Position numbers and translations under genes: made by a program. A model generated the notes under the pieces. It was given only the letters and a program-made list of their open reading frames with translations. It did not search any database and was not told the DNA's origin. Of a stretch of 64,000 nucleotides of DNA, positions 51,891-62,298 are shown piece after piece (the first letter of the stretch is position 1; every line of letters starts with the position of its first letter). Source of the DNA: Euglena gracilis (Eukaryota); NCBI GenBank assembly GCA_039621445.1, contig CP154954.1, positions 32,713,455 through 32,777,454 of the forward strand. The letters run 5' to 3'.

Positions 51891-54800
51891 TTTTTTTGTT
51901 TTTGGGGTTGTTGTTGTCAGGCAAGAACCCTCTTTTGGATGAGTCGGTTGTGTGGTGCTGTGGTGAGTTGAGTGAGTCGAACCCACTCATCTGGCGTTGC
52001 CTGGTTCAGACACCCAACCACAGCCTTGGCCCATCCAGGCAAGCAGAGGTTGAGAATTGAATGGTCCGAGGTTTTTTTGGAAAAAATCCCTGCAGTGGTC
52101 AAAAGGACAACAAAATTGGGGATTGTGAGTTTCTGACAGAAGGCAGCTTGGAGGGGAGGATTAACCATTTTGATATTGATCCGGAGCTTTGCAATGACAC
52201 CCATCGGCTCGATTGGATGACCCCCACAAGTGTGCCACTCTGCGCTGGCAGCAACGGGCTGATCATCTCCGCAAGGTGGGGAACGGTTTGCGGATTGACA
52301 TACACAGGGGCGGGAACTGGAATTAGTGTGCATTTTGATTTGTTTGAGAATTTGAACTGCAGGGGACATGAATGCGAGGGACGGACGGAAGGCAATTGAC
52401 ACAGGGAAGGGCAAGCGGGAACCAGCTTTGGCAATGCATCTCCACTGCACCAAATTGTAAATTGTTGAGATGTCAACTGTAAAAGGTTGTAATCTTATTG
52501 AAATCTTATTACAATCAATGTAAGTTGTTATAAAGGGAAAGGAAAGTACATACGCCAGTTGTGTTTGCTCATTGCGTTTTGGGGCCAGAGGATGGATGTG
52601 AATCTCGTTGAACCGAACACATTGTGAAGGAGATGGCTTGGATTGCTGACCGCCAGTTGGGGAGGTTTGTTAGTTGTTGAGAAGGGAAGGGAAGGGAAAA
52701 GTTTGCATGATGCACATCATATTTCTCAACACCAGAGTTCACACTGTGATGGCACAATGATTCCCCTGGCTGATCAGCATCCGTCCCTCCAGGGGCACAG
52801 AAAACGGGTGTGGCGGCCATTGACGGCTGCCAGTGTGGTGGGAGGGAGGATTAGCTTTGCTGTTTGGCCCGGAGCTCTGCAATGACACCCATAGGCTCGA
52901 TTGGATGACCTCCACCGGCAGCCACGGCCCCTCCTCCTGAATGGCAAGCACGCTGGACTGGCGGGAATGCTGTTTTGGATAATGATTTGTTTGTGTGTGG
53001 TGCTGTGGTGGGTTGGGTGCAGGCACCTATAGCTAAAATGGCCTAAAATGATTTTTTGACCCCCTATAGGTGGGGGTCCCTAAAATGGCCTAAAATGGCC
53101 TAAAATGGCCTAAAATGGGAAAATTTTTGTTGCACAACAATTTTTTTTGGTGAACAACTGAAGCCATTCAGGTAATGACTTTCAGTGCCTTTTGTTAATG
53201 TGGACGGCAAACAGTGGATTTGGTGGAGGAGTACAGCCCCACAAGGCCCCAGAAAAAAACGTAAAAGAGGTTGGAAAAATCTCAATTGAAATAAAAAAAT
53301 ACAAGTATTATTATAAATACAAGTATTAAAATACAAGTATTATCATAAATATTTATAAATTTAACATAAATTTTCTAAGGAAATTTAAATATTTTTTTAT
53401 GAATGGACATTTTATTATCATAGAAATTCTATATGTTTAATATGGATATTTAATGTGGGTATTTTATTATTATATAATATATATATGTAGATATATAATG
53501 TGAGTAATTTTATTATATCAATTTTTAATGTAATATTTTATAATACAAACAACACATGCTTTTAAACAATTTTAGTAATAATATATGCATATATAATGTA
53601 TATTTAGTAAAAAAGAGTACTGATACAATATGTAATTGTTAATAGTAACTATTATGACCATTGTAAATCATATTATTAATAAATTTGAGTGTGATAAAAT
53701 ATATGAATATGATAAAATTGAATATGATAGAATATAAAATATGTTATTGGTAAATAGGCGATTTTTTTTATGAAAGATAATAATACTATTTTTATTATTA
53801 TTACAGAATTTACAGAAGTATTTTTTTTATGAATTAGTTATATCAAATGATATATATTATGGTGTTTGGGTGTTGTTAGTGTATTATTATCTCCTGTTTA
53901 TAACTTGTTCAGAGGGTTTTGTTTTCATTTCTTTCTTTCCTTTTCTTTTCAGTATTTCCCCATTTTTCCCCAAAGGGGAAAACAAACACGGAGAAGAGGA
54001 ATTGATCTCAGCGTTGCCTTTTGATATCTGCCATCCTCTCCCAAATGGCTAAAACAATGACAAAATCAAATTGAATTTCCCAGGCGACATCATGATCATT
54101 CAAAAAAAATGACATCTTGTTGCGAAATCCCGCAAAATGGTATAGATTTAACAAAATACAAAAAAACCGGGAGCCCTTCTGGCAGTGCAAATAAAACTTT
54201 TAATATTTGTTCAACGTTTTTTTTTCTGAAAATTTTTCATTGCCGTAAATTCTTGCTGTTCAGAATTCCTGTATGGGAATGAATTAAGATTTGTTGAGTT
54301 TCCCATGGTTTTGATCCAGTGTTCATGAATTTTGCATGCTTTTTTGGATTACATTTGTTATTTCTGAATAAGAGAAGGTTTGCACACATTATAACACAGT
54401 TTTCGGGACAAAAATGACGAAAAATTATGGTTTTCAGAACCCCCACCTATACCTTAAAATGGCCTAAAATGGCCCAGTGGCCTAAAATGGCCTTAAATGG
54501 CCTAAAATGGCCTAAAATGGCCTAAAATGGCCTAAAAGGAGGAAATTTTTGGGCTTGATTATAGGTGCCTGGTTGGGTGGGCTCAACCCAGCAACCCTGG
54601 TTTTGCCGGGGGGGGGGCTCAATTTAGGCAGCAGCATTCTCATTTCATCTTTTTGTGTTGGTTTGCGCGTATGCGCAAATTAACGAAAATTTTATTTCGG
54701 CTCTGGGGTGTCCGATAATATGGCGACATGTGCAAAAATACGTTTTTTTTGATGGTGTTACTCCGGGAACTTGCCAAAAAATTGTGTTTTTGGAGGGTCC

Positions 54801-57800
54801 AGAAATGGGCTCCACACATCGAAACCCCCGGGACCACTCCCCCCCCCCCCGAGTGAAAGCGAGAAGGCTGGGAAAGGCTTGAGTTTTTTCCGCCATTGAC
54901 AGCTTGGTTGTGTACACCATCAGTGGTCAAGTTGCTCATATTCCCTCATGGGCTTTGCATTCCAAGAGGGGCCGCAAGCAACTGAGATTTGCCTGAATGC
55001 AGAACGCTGCATTTTTGCAGGCAGCCTCCCGGCAAGAATCCTATTTTGGATTTGGATTCGTTTGCGCGGTTTTGTGGCGGAATGGGAAGGGTGGTCCCAC
55101 AATGGAATGGGAAGGGGGTTTTGTTGCGCATTTGGGCTGGCCATGGGCTGGTTTGAAGAAATCATTTTGTTTCCCTGGAGTTGGCCTGTTGTTGCCGAGA
55201 TTTTATGGTTGCATTTTTGTTTGGAGAATATTTTGCCAGATTTTTAATTTAAGGCATTTGTAGGTTTTTGGTGTGCCTCAAAGATGATGCCCGTCAACCC
55301 CACGGCACTCCCAATCCCGATAAGCCACAGCCAACAGTGCCCTAGCACAGACACCAGCGCCAAAGGCGCGGGGGTGCCAAAATGGCCTATTTTCAAAGGA
55401 GTGTGCCTGGGCGCAGGCCGAAATCCGACCCTCCCCCGTGGGGGGTGGCCCCCCCCCCCGCCCCCCCCCCCCCCCCCCCCCACCCACCACCCCCCCCCCT
55501 GATCTGTAGCAGGCTTTTGCTTAAGGGATTGCAGTACCCCCGGGCAGGCACCTACGGCCGACCAGGGCCGACCATGGCCGACCAGGGCCGACTATGGTTT
55601 TCAGGACCCCCGTAGGTGGGGGTTCCGACCAGGGCCGACCAGGGCCGACCAGGGCCGATTTGCATGCGGTTGGCCGACCGAAGGGGAATGGATGAAGGAA
55701 TTCGGCAGCTTTCCCTCTGTAACAAGCACCTCTGATGATGCTGGGCGATGCAGGGCGATGCTGGGTGATGCTGGATTTTTGGAGACAGAGGTGGGGTTCC
55801 AATGCTTTTTTTTTGGATGGCTGAAGTGGGGTCCATATTTGGGCCTATACTGCTGGGTACACCCTCCCTCCCCCGCAGACCACTCCAGCATGCCTTTCAT
55901 GTCTGCCCATGCCTCTGCCTCTGCTGCCGTGCTGGACCTCTCTGTCCCCCTCCGGGAGGTGTGTGACTCCCCTGGAGCCGAAGGTATCGTGCCCCTGCTG
56001 CATACCTGCGTACAGACTCCACATTGGTGCTTGCTTCGTACCTGAGTCGACGATGTTCGTCCCTGGCTCGTCTGGCCTTCCTTGAGTGACTCCCTGGCGT
56101 GGATGCTTTGGTGGGAGAGGGAGGTTATGGGGGGAATCTTAAGTTGTGGGATAAACGGGGCGACTGTAGTTGCGGTTGTAGGCATGTACATGATCATGTG
56201 CATCCGTGGATGCTTGTAAGGCATGTGAATCCGAGAATGCGCATGTGCGCATGTGTAGGGTGCGCATACTGCGCTTTTGGAAGGATTGGCATCCAACGAG
56301 CCGCGAATTTAATGCACAAAGTCGCGAGTTGGATGTCGAGGAAGGTTGGTTGGAGGCCAAGAAGCGGGACCCCCGGGAAGTGTAACCCCCGAAGGCTTTT
56401 GCTGACTAGCCTCTCCTTCAGTGGAGGAAGCTGCGTGGTCGGGAGAAGCACGACTGGCATGCTGCTGCTGGAGAGGCAGCGGTGGGACCGGCTGGAGGAG
56501 TTGTTGGTGCTGGAGGGTGAGGTGGTCGTGTTTGCAGTACCCTTCCAGTGCCCCTGCTGTATTTTGTGTGCCTGAATTTTGGTCTTCGGTTATAGGGTAT
56601 TATTGGATGGCTCTAGGGTGATGCAGGGCGATGCAGGGCGAGGATGGGTGACCGAAGGTGCTTGCCAATGGAGGCTTTATGGGGCATTTCCTTTTGATCT
56701 TGGCGAGACAATTCAGAAAATCATCGCATCCCTTCACATTTTTTCTGTGGCGGATACCCCCACCTATGGCCGACTATTTGCCGACCAGGGCCGACCAGGG
56801 CCGACCAGAGCACCAAAATGGGAAGTGACCATAGGTGCCTGCCCCCGGGGGGGTGGCTGGACTAGCTAGTCCAAATTTGGCTAGTGAGATTTCTAGCAGA
56901 CCCCCCCCCCCAGGGGGGGATCTGCTAGCAGGGCTAGCTAGTGGAAAACTTTTTCCTGTGACCGGCGCAAAGCGCCGGAATTTTTTTTGGGACCCCCCAA
57001 AATGGCCAAAAATGGGAATTCTCGGAACAAAATCAGCCAAAAACCTATTAAAAACGTCATTTCCACCTCGGCGTGCAGTGCCGGAGGAAAATTTTTTATC
57101 CAGTTGGGGGGACCCCCCAGGGGGGTCTAGCTAGTCCATTTTTTCCAGTGTCTAGCCGATTGGCTAGGAAGTACCCCCCCCCCCCGGGTCTTTAAACAAA
57201 AGCCTGATCCGTAGTGATGATCAAAAGCCAAGGAAGTTTGGGCTTGTAAAATGCTGTTTGGAGGAGAGGATTAATTTTGTTGATTTTGATCCGGAGCTCT
57301 GCAATGACAACCCTCGGCTCGCTTGGATGACCTCCACGTCGTGTCCCCCAGACCAACTCAGTGCCCCAAACCAGCTACGAAGTTCAGTAATTTGGAGTGG
57401 ATTACGTGATGATCCCCTTACTGCACACCACAATGAGCCTCGCGTTGATTCTTTGTCCGCCCTGATTGCTTGGCCCGTGTTTTTCAACCAGTGACAGACA
57501 GAAGGCAATTGAACCCCCCCCCCCCCCCCGCGTGTTATTGATCCTCTGGGCTGTTGGCCCATTTTGCCCCCCGTCCTCTGCTGCGCCCAACCTGCCCCCC
57601 CCCCCCCCGAAAAAGGTTGCGCTGAAAAAAGTGGACTGGGAACCTGCTCGGAGGCGACCATTTCAAACCCCCCCCCCACAAGGCTGGACATCCCCCACTT
57701 GTTCAGGTGGATTCATCCCCGGATGTGTGGCCGCTGTGCCTTGTGATGACCACCACCGTTGCACACCACCGAAATGAATTGTGATTCGTGTACGGAGTCT

Positions 57801-60800
57801 GGAGTCTGATGGCAATGGGTTGAGATGGATTGTCCCCTCAAGAACGCAATTGTCTTGCCCCAGCTGTTTGTTCACATGCAGTTACCCTGAATTGGCATTG
57901 GATGGGCTGACATGATGCACATCATATTTCTCAACACCAGAGTTCACACTGTGATGGCACAATGATTCCCCTGGCTGATCAGCATCCGTCTCTCCAGGGG
58001 CACAGAAAACGGGTGGGGCGGCCATTGACGGCTGCCAATGTGGTGGGAGGGAGGATTAGCTTTGCTGTTTGGCCCGGAGCTCTGCAATGACACCCATAGG
58101 CTCGATTGGATGACCTCCACCGGCAGCCACAGCCCCTCCTCCTGAATGGAAAGCACACTGGACTGGCGGGAATGCTGTTTTGGATAATGATTCGTTTGTG
58201 TGTGGTGCTGTGGTGGGTTGGGTGGCTTTGCCTGGAGAGGGCTCAATTTCCCCCACCCGCCTTCCCCGCACCAGCCCTGGCTCATCCAGGCAAGGATGAG
58301 TTAGTTGATCCAGCTCATAGGGATTGTGAAATGAATCAGCTTGGAAGGGAGGATTGATTATGTTGATTTTGATCCGGAGCTTTTGCAATGACACCCATCG
58401 GCTCGATTGGATGACCTCCACAGGTGACCCTCAGACCAATTCAGATCCCCAATTTTGGCACAATGGCAAAGCCCAGGAAATCAGTTCCAGATTACCGTGC
58501 GTTGCACCAAAAGGAAAGAAAGCCCACAAAATGTTTTCGTGCAAATGGTTTTGGTGAGAGCCAAATGCATGTGCTCTGTGGGCGGGGGATTTTCCCCTCC
58601 GGTGGGTATCATGTTCAGCATCAGCTGCCCCACCCACCCCAATTGTTGACCAGGAGAAGGCTTCTGATTCTGATTTGGTGCTTGGCAATGACAGTCACCA
58701 GCTCGACTGGATGACCAGCAACAGTGCTGGGGCGAAAGGAAGCGTAACCCCCCGAGTGCCATTCGGGGCAAAGCAAATTGGGTGGACGTTGTATTTCTTC
58801 AGAAGAGATAATCCATTTGGTGGGTAAATTGAATTGTTGGAAAATGGAAGGTGCAAAGGAAGAAGAGCAATTTGTATGAACCACCCAAATATCCTGGCAG
58901 TGTACGAACAACCTTGCAAAGGGCAAGGCAACAAGATTGTTCTTGTCTTTTGGCACCCCGCCAGGTCATTTTGGGAGGGGGTTTTGATTTGGTGGTGAAT
59001 GCAGTTGAAGGCGTGGAGGCCACCTCCAAAATTTTTATCCCCCCCCTCGCCCCAAATGGTACCTTGGGGTTATGATTTTTTAAGGCTCAATTTTTAAAAA
59101 TTTCAAAGTTTTTTTTGATTTTTGTTTTAGTTTTGTTTATAGGTTTTTAATGTTCAATTTTAAGGCATTTTTTAAAATTTCATTGTATCTCTTTTCCAGG
59201 GGAAGTACAAGGGCCATCTGGATGTCAAATGGCCTAAAATCAGAAAAAGGTTGAAAAACTTTTTTTTCGAGTTTGGGTTGATGGAGGATGTTCCAGCGAT
59301 GCCCGAAATCGTTTTTTTTTCCCCCAGGATTGGCCTGTTTTTGCTGAGATATTGCAAAAGCATGTGAAGAATTTCGAAAATTTTCCAGAATGTTTTTTTA
59401 AGGGTTCCCAAGGACCTTCAAGGCACCCTAAAAGAATAACCCCCTGACGATCCCCCCCCCAACAGCTCCCCAAACCCCCCACACATGCAGCCTTTTTACC
59501 ATTTTTTACCCTTTTTTACCTCCTGCTTGGTTGTGTGTACCGTCAGCGGTCAAGTTGCTCATATTCCCTCATTTGGATTTCATTCCAAGAGGGGCCGCAA
59601 GCAGCTGAGATTTGTGCGTGATTGAATGCAATTGCAGAGACGCGTTTTTTTCAGGCAAGAAACCTCTTTTGGATGAGGCGGTTGGGTGGTGGTGTGGGGA
59701 GTTGAGGGGGTCGAACCCACTCATTTTGTGTTGCCTGGTTCAGACACCCAACCACAGCCTTGGCCCATCCAGGCAAGCAGAGGTTGAGAATTGAATGGTC
59801 CGAGGTTTTTTTGGAAAAAAATCCCTGCAGTGGTCAAAAGGACAACAAAATTGGGGATTGTGAGTTTCTGACAGAAGGCAGCTTGGAGGGGAGGATTAAC
59901 CATTTTGATATTGATCCGGAGCTTTGCAATGACACCCATCGGCTCGATTGGATGACCCCCACAAGTGTGCCACTCTGCGCTGGCAGCAACGGGCTGATCA
60001 TCTCCGCAAGGTGGGGAACGGTTTGCGGATTGACATACACAGGGGCGGGAACTGGAATTAGTGTGCATTTTGATTTGTTTGAGAATTTGAACTGCAGGGG
60101 ATATGAATGCGAGGGACGGACGGAAGGCAATTGACACAGGGAAGGGCAAGCGGGAACCAGCTTTGGCAATGCATCTCCACTGCACCAAATTGTAAATTGT
60201 TGAGATGTCAACTGTAAAAGGTTGTAATCTTATTGAAATCTTATTACAATCAATGTAAGTTGTTATAAAGGGAAAGGAAAGTACATACGCCAGTTGTGTT
60301 TGCTCATTGCGTTTTGGGGCCAGAGGATGGATGTGAATCTCGTTGAACCGAACGCATTGTGAAGGAGATGGCTTGGATTGCTGACCGCCAGTTGGGGAGG
60401 TTTGTTAGTTGTTGAGAAGGGAAGGGAATTTATCACAGTGTGATTGTGATGAAGGACTGGGTCTCGCAGCGCCGGTTGTGGGGCATCCTGGTGCGCACCT
60501 GCGCTTGAGGACACGGTTCCTTCGGCCCTGCCTTGTCACCCTCGGACCACGTCTCGGGGTCCGTGATGGCGGCACCCTCGGACCACGTCTCGGGGTCCGT
60601 GATGGCGGCGTACTTCGTCAGAGCGCAAATGCGAGCACCGGACCACCGTTGAGGCAGTCGGGCGTTAGTGGCGGACGTGTTCACCTGGCTGTACCACCCA
60701 CACCGAGTGCTCGCACGTCCCTCATGCACGCGTGCACGGCCCAAGGGGGACACACCCGCTCCCTGAACGTTCTTTTGTGTGTGTGCGGCCACGGGTTTCA

Positions 60801-62298
60801 AACAGTGGCCGCCGTGGGCAACAACCAGGGGGGTCCCCAACGCGCGCACATGCGCACGACACTTGCGGGATGCATCGCCCTCTGGCCTGGCCGTTCAACC
60901 CACGCCACGGGGTCCCTCGTCCACACCTCAATGGGACGCACCTGCGCCCGAAGTGTGTGTGTCCCCGTGCGCAGGTGCGCGTGGTTCGGTGCTGGGTGTG
61001 GGCCCATCTGGCTCGGGGGTATCCAACACGGCGGCGGTGGACTTGCAGCCCCTGTGTGCCTGATGTGGGTTCCGGAGTCCTCCGGTGACCGATTTTCGGT
61101 CCTGCAGCGATCGGTGGGTTCTGCAGGCGTTGCCCTCAAAACAGAGTGTGTCCCCTCCCTGCCGCCACTCATTCCGGGGCCCCAGCACACAGGCACCTGC
61201 CACGATCTCACGGTAGGATCGCGCGCACCTGCGCTTGATCTTACTGATCCGTCGTGCGCACCTGCGCCTGATTTTGGGGTCTGCTCAAGCGCAGGTGCGC
61301 GCGCCGGACGTGTCCTCACGGGCGCAGGTGCGCCCCATCGCGTCTTTCGTTCGGCTCATGTCGTTCCCAGTGGGGGTTTTGACCACAGCCGGTCCCAAAA
61401 CCGCGGACGATCCGGTTTTCGGGCCCGAAAACCCTTAAGTGCCATTACTGCCGCCTAAGTTTTTTAGCTTCTTTTGGCCACTTTGGGGCCATTGTTGGCC
61501 ACTGAGCGAAAAGAGTTGGCTAGAGTGTCCTCAAAAGGCTTCAGAAAGCTGCTAAAAGCAGTCAAAAGCAAACAGTGGCCAAACGTTGGCGAAATTGGCC
61601 AAGAATTCTCAAAAGCAGCAAAAAGTATCTGAACGTTGGCACAGATGGCCAAAGCGCAGCAAAAAAGCGGCCAGGGTTAGTGTTAGGGTGTCGTGACAGC
61701 CAGAAGTTGAAGCAGCCCAAAGTGGGCAAAAAGTGGGCAAAGAACGCCAAAATGTGGCCAAACAACAAATGGCCAAACAGCCTCCCTCAAAGTTGGGATG
61801 GTTGGGATCTCTGTTGGCGTGCTGGGCTTGACTGGGCACGATTGGGCCTGGGACTCTGGATGACCATAGGTGCTAGATGACCTCCACAGGTGTCCCTCAA
61901 ACCAATTCAACTCAAACCAATTCAGATCCCCAATCCAGCTGCCATGGCAAAGCCTAGAAAATCAGTTTTTTTTCCCGGATTATTGTGCAAGGAAAAGGCC
62001 AATAATTTTCAAATTGCCTGTGCCCCCCCCCAATATTGAGCCGTCTTGGAGCATTCCCAAAGAATTTCCAGCGCCCGGAGCTCACCCAGGTCTTTTTGCT
62101 TCATTTCTGGACTGCCCTGTTTGCCCGCCCCCTCGCAGGACCGCTTTGCCCGCCGCCGGGGGAGCCTGCCCCACCTGCGCAGCGAGGACGAGGGGCTGGA
62201 GCTGTTCGGCGCCGGCAGCCCCGCCCTGCACAGCCTGGTCTACGCCGCACCGCGGCCCTACCCCATCTCGCCCCCGTTCCACTGCCAGCGTTTCCCCG
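35087..62298 (+). CDS. Misato/Dml1 (MSTO1-like) tubulin/FtsZ-related protein; 3' end not found in window
   Basis: Exon 35087-35251 reads MAGEVVSCFLGPLSTLVAAHFWD..VLY..TPRTLLVDFKEA and joins by GT-AG to 35919 VGSV. Later exons: 36488-, ~38120-38195 (PELHPDS), 38944-39116 (IRRFVEGCDALQGYHMTCD..FGG), 39332-39466, 39974-40093 (VYVPL), 40359-40745 (IAAALDT), 62139-62298 (PYPISPPF). The 36.7-38.1 kb junctions were not resolved. Confidence 0.8.
35363..35750. mobile_element. hAT-like MITE family 2
   Basis: TIR CAGGGTTTGATATAAGGA; TSD atggggtt. Confidence 0.9.
37030..37557. mobile_element. hAT-like MITE family 1
   Basis: TIR CAGGGAAGGATGGGAAGCC at both ends; TSD gggccaca. Confidence 0.9.
39117..39331 (+). 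other. Nonconventional intron in the Misato gene
   Basis: accCAGCAGGCTTTCC...GGAAAGGCATGCTGactgc; joins LVE|TIKDDL. Neighbouring introns 38196-38943, 39467-39973 and 40094-40358 are GT-AG. Confidence 0.8.
40806..41208. mobile_element. MITE with TA ends (Tc1/mariner-like)
   Basis: TACCTCC(C)nTTGTCTAAG...CTTAGACAAG(G)nGAGGTA; internal AAGCACCACCC repeats. Confidence 0.6.
41827..41889 (+). ncRNA. Single-hairpin AGA-box pseudouridine guide snoRNA; copies 44605-44667, 49236-49298, 51763-51825, 54928-54990, 59551-59613
   Basis: Lower stem AGTTGCT/AGCAGCT (AGCAACT in two copies), upper stem CCCTC/GAGGG, AGA 14 nt below the upper stem. The pocket (TCATATT, GCCGCA) fits conserved SSU rRNA UGCGGC-UU-AAUUUGA with one mismatch. 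Confidence 0.72.
42161..42240 (+). ncRNA. High-copy structured RNA, probably a degenerate-box C/D snoRNA
   Basis: Layout: GGAGG/CCTCC terminal stem, GAGGA, variable segment, CGGA-GC-loop-GC-AATGAC, conserved GGCTCGATTGG, then ATGA (CTGA in the 28.4 kb copy). Other copies start near 28326, 43162, 46944, 47730, 48030, 49570, 50260, 50558, 52149, 52839, 57259, 58043, 58342, 59884. Diverged copies near 48345, 50873, 58656. Confidence 0.6.
42594..42667 (+). ncRNA. Possible box C/D snoRNA; copies near 50002, 52581, 60317
   Basis: GAGGA, D' CCGA, C' GTGAAGG, D CTGA at snoRNA-like spacing. Target uncertain. Confidence 0.4.
42825..42900 (+). ncRNA. Box C/D snoRNA; copies 47424-47499, 57738-57813
   Basis: GCC/GGC stem, perfect C GTGATGA, D' CCGA, C' GTGATT, D CTGA. 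Target not identified. Confidence 0.7.
43433..44338. mobile_element. hAT-like non-autonomous element
   Basis: CAGACCTCCATTTAGT...ACTAAATGGCGGTCTG; TSD ttgcgcgt; TGTATCAC repeats; empty site at ~54663. Confidence 0.9.
45215..46891. mobile_element. hAT-like MITE family 4 with nested family 5 element 45250-46526 (duplicated at ~55510-57207)
   Basis: Outer TSD atctgtag/atccgtag. Inner TIR CAGGCACCTA with TSD cccccggg. Confidence 0.87.
47091..47158 (+). ncRNA. Box C/D snoRNA; copy 57402-57469, diverged paralog 41349-41417
   Basis: C GTGATGA, D' ATGA/CTGA, C' TTGAT, D CTGA. Boxes and guide CTGCACACCAC are conserved between diverged paralogs. Confidence 0.7.
47592..47669 (+). ncRNA. Box C/D snoRNA, LSU rRNA guide; copies ~43026-43101, ~50124-50199, ~52703-52778, 57906-57983
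   Basis: Terminal stem GCTGA/TCAGC; C-like ATGATGC, D' CAGA, C' GTGATGG, D CTGA. Guide GATTCCCCTGG is antisense to conserved LSU CCAGGGGAAUC. Confidence 0.78.
53020..54571. mobile_element. hAT-like non-autonomous element with AT-rich core
   Basis: TIR CAGGCACCTATA; TSD gttgggtg; subterminal AAAATGGCCT repeats; empty site at ~43335. Confidence 0.9.
60537..60609. repeat. Perfect 36-bp tandem duplication
   Basis: CACCCTCGGACCACGTCTCGGGGTCCGTGATGGCGG x2. Confidence 0.9.

Larger units (their letters stand above)
41552..60460 (+). repeat. Tandem segmental duplications with ~10.3 kb and ~2.5 kb periods
   Basis: Near-identical ORF translations recur at 44597/54920, 45784/56099, 48120/50648/58431 and 42073/49482/52061. 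Confidence 0.95.
40746..62138 (+). other. Putative ~21.4 kb conventional intron hosting the snoRNA array
   Basis: Donor AAG|GTGTGC (same hexamer at 36165, 39467, 40094), acceptor ccctcgcag|GAC. Both phase 0, Misato-like sequence on both sides. Confidence 0.6.

Noticed and set aside
51859-51916. Long T-tract (also the C-tract at ~55449-55499)
   Set aside because: Sister repeat copies have short ordinary sequence here; likely an assembly artefact.
42161-59963. Recurring motif as a CRISPR repeat or repeated protein domain (DPELCNDTHRLDWMT)
   Set aside because: Spacing is hundreds of bases and irregular, there are no cas genes, and frame-breaking indels between copies preserve RNA features rather than codons.
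60409-61458. 349-aa ORF, and the many Gly/Pro-rich ORFs over MITEs
   Set aside because: Products of GC-rich or homopolymer sequence with no recognisable domain.
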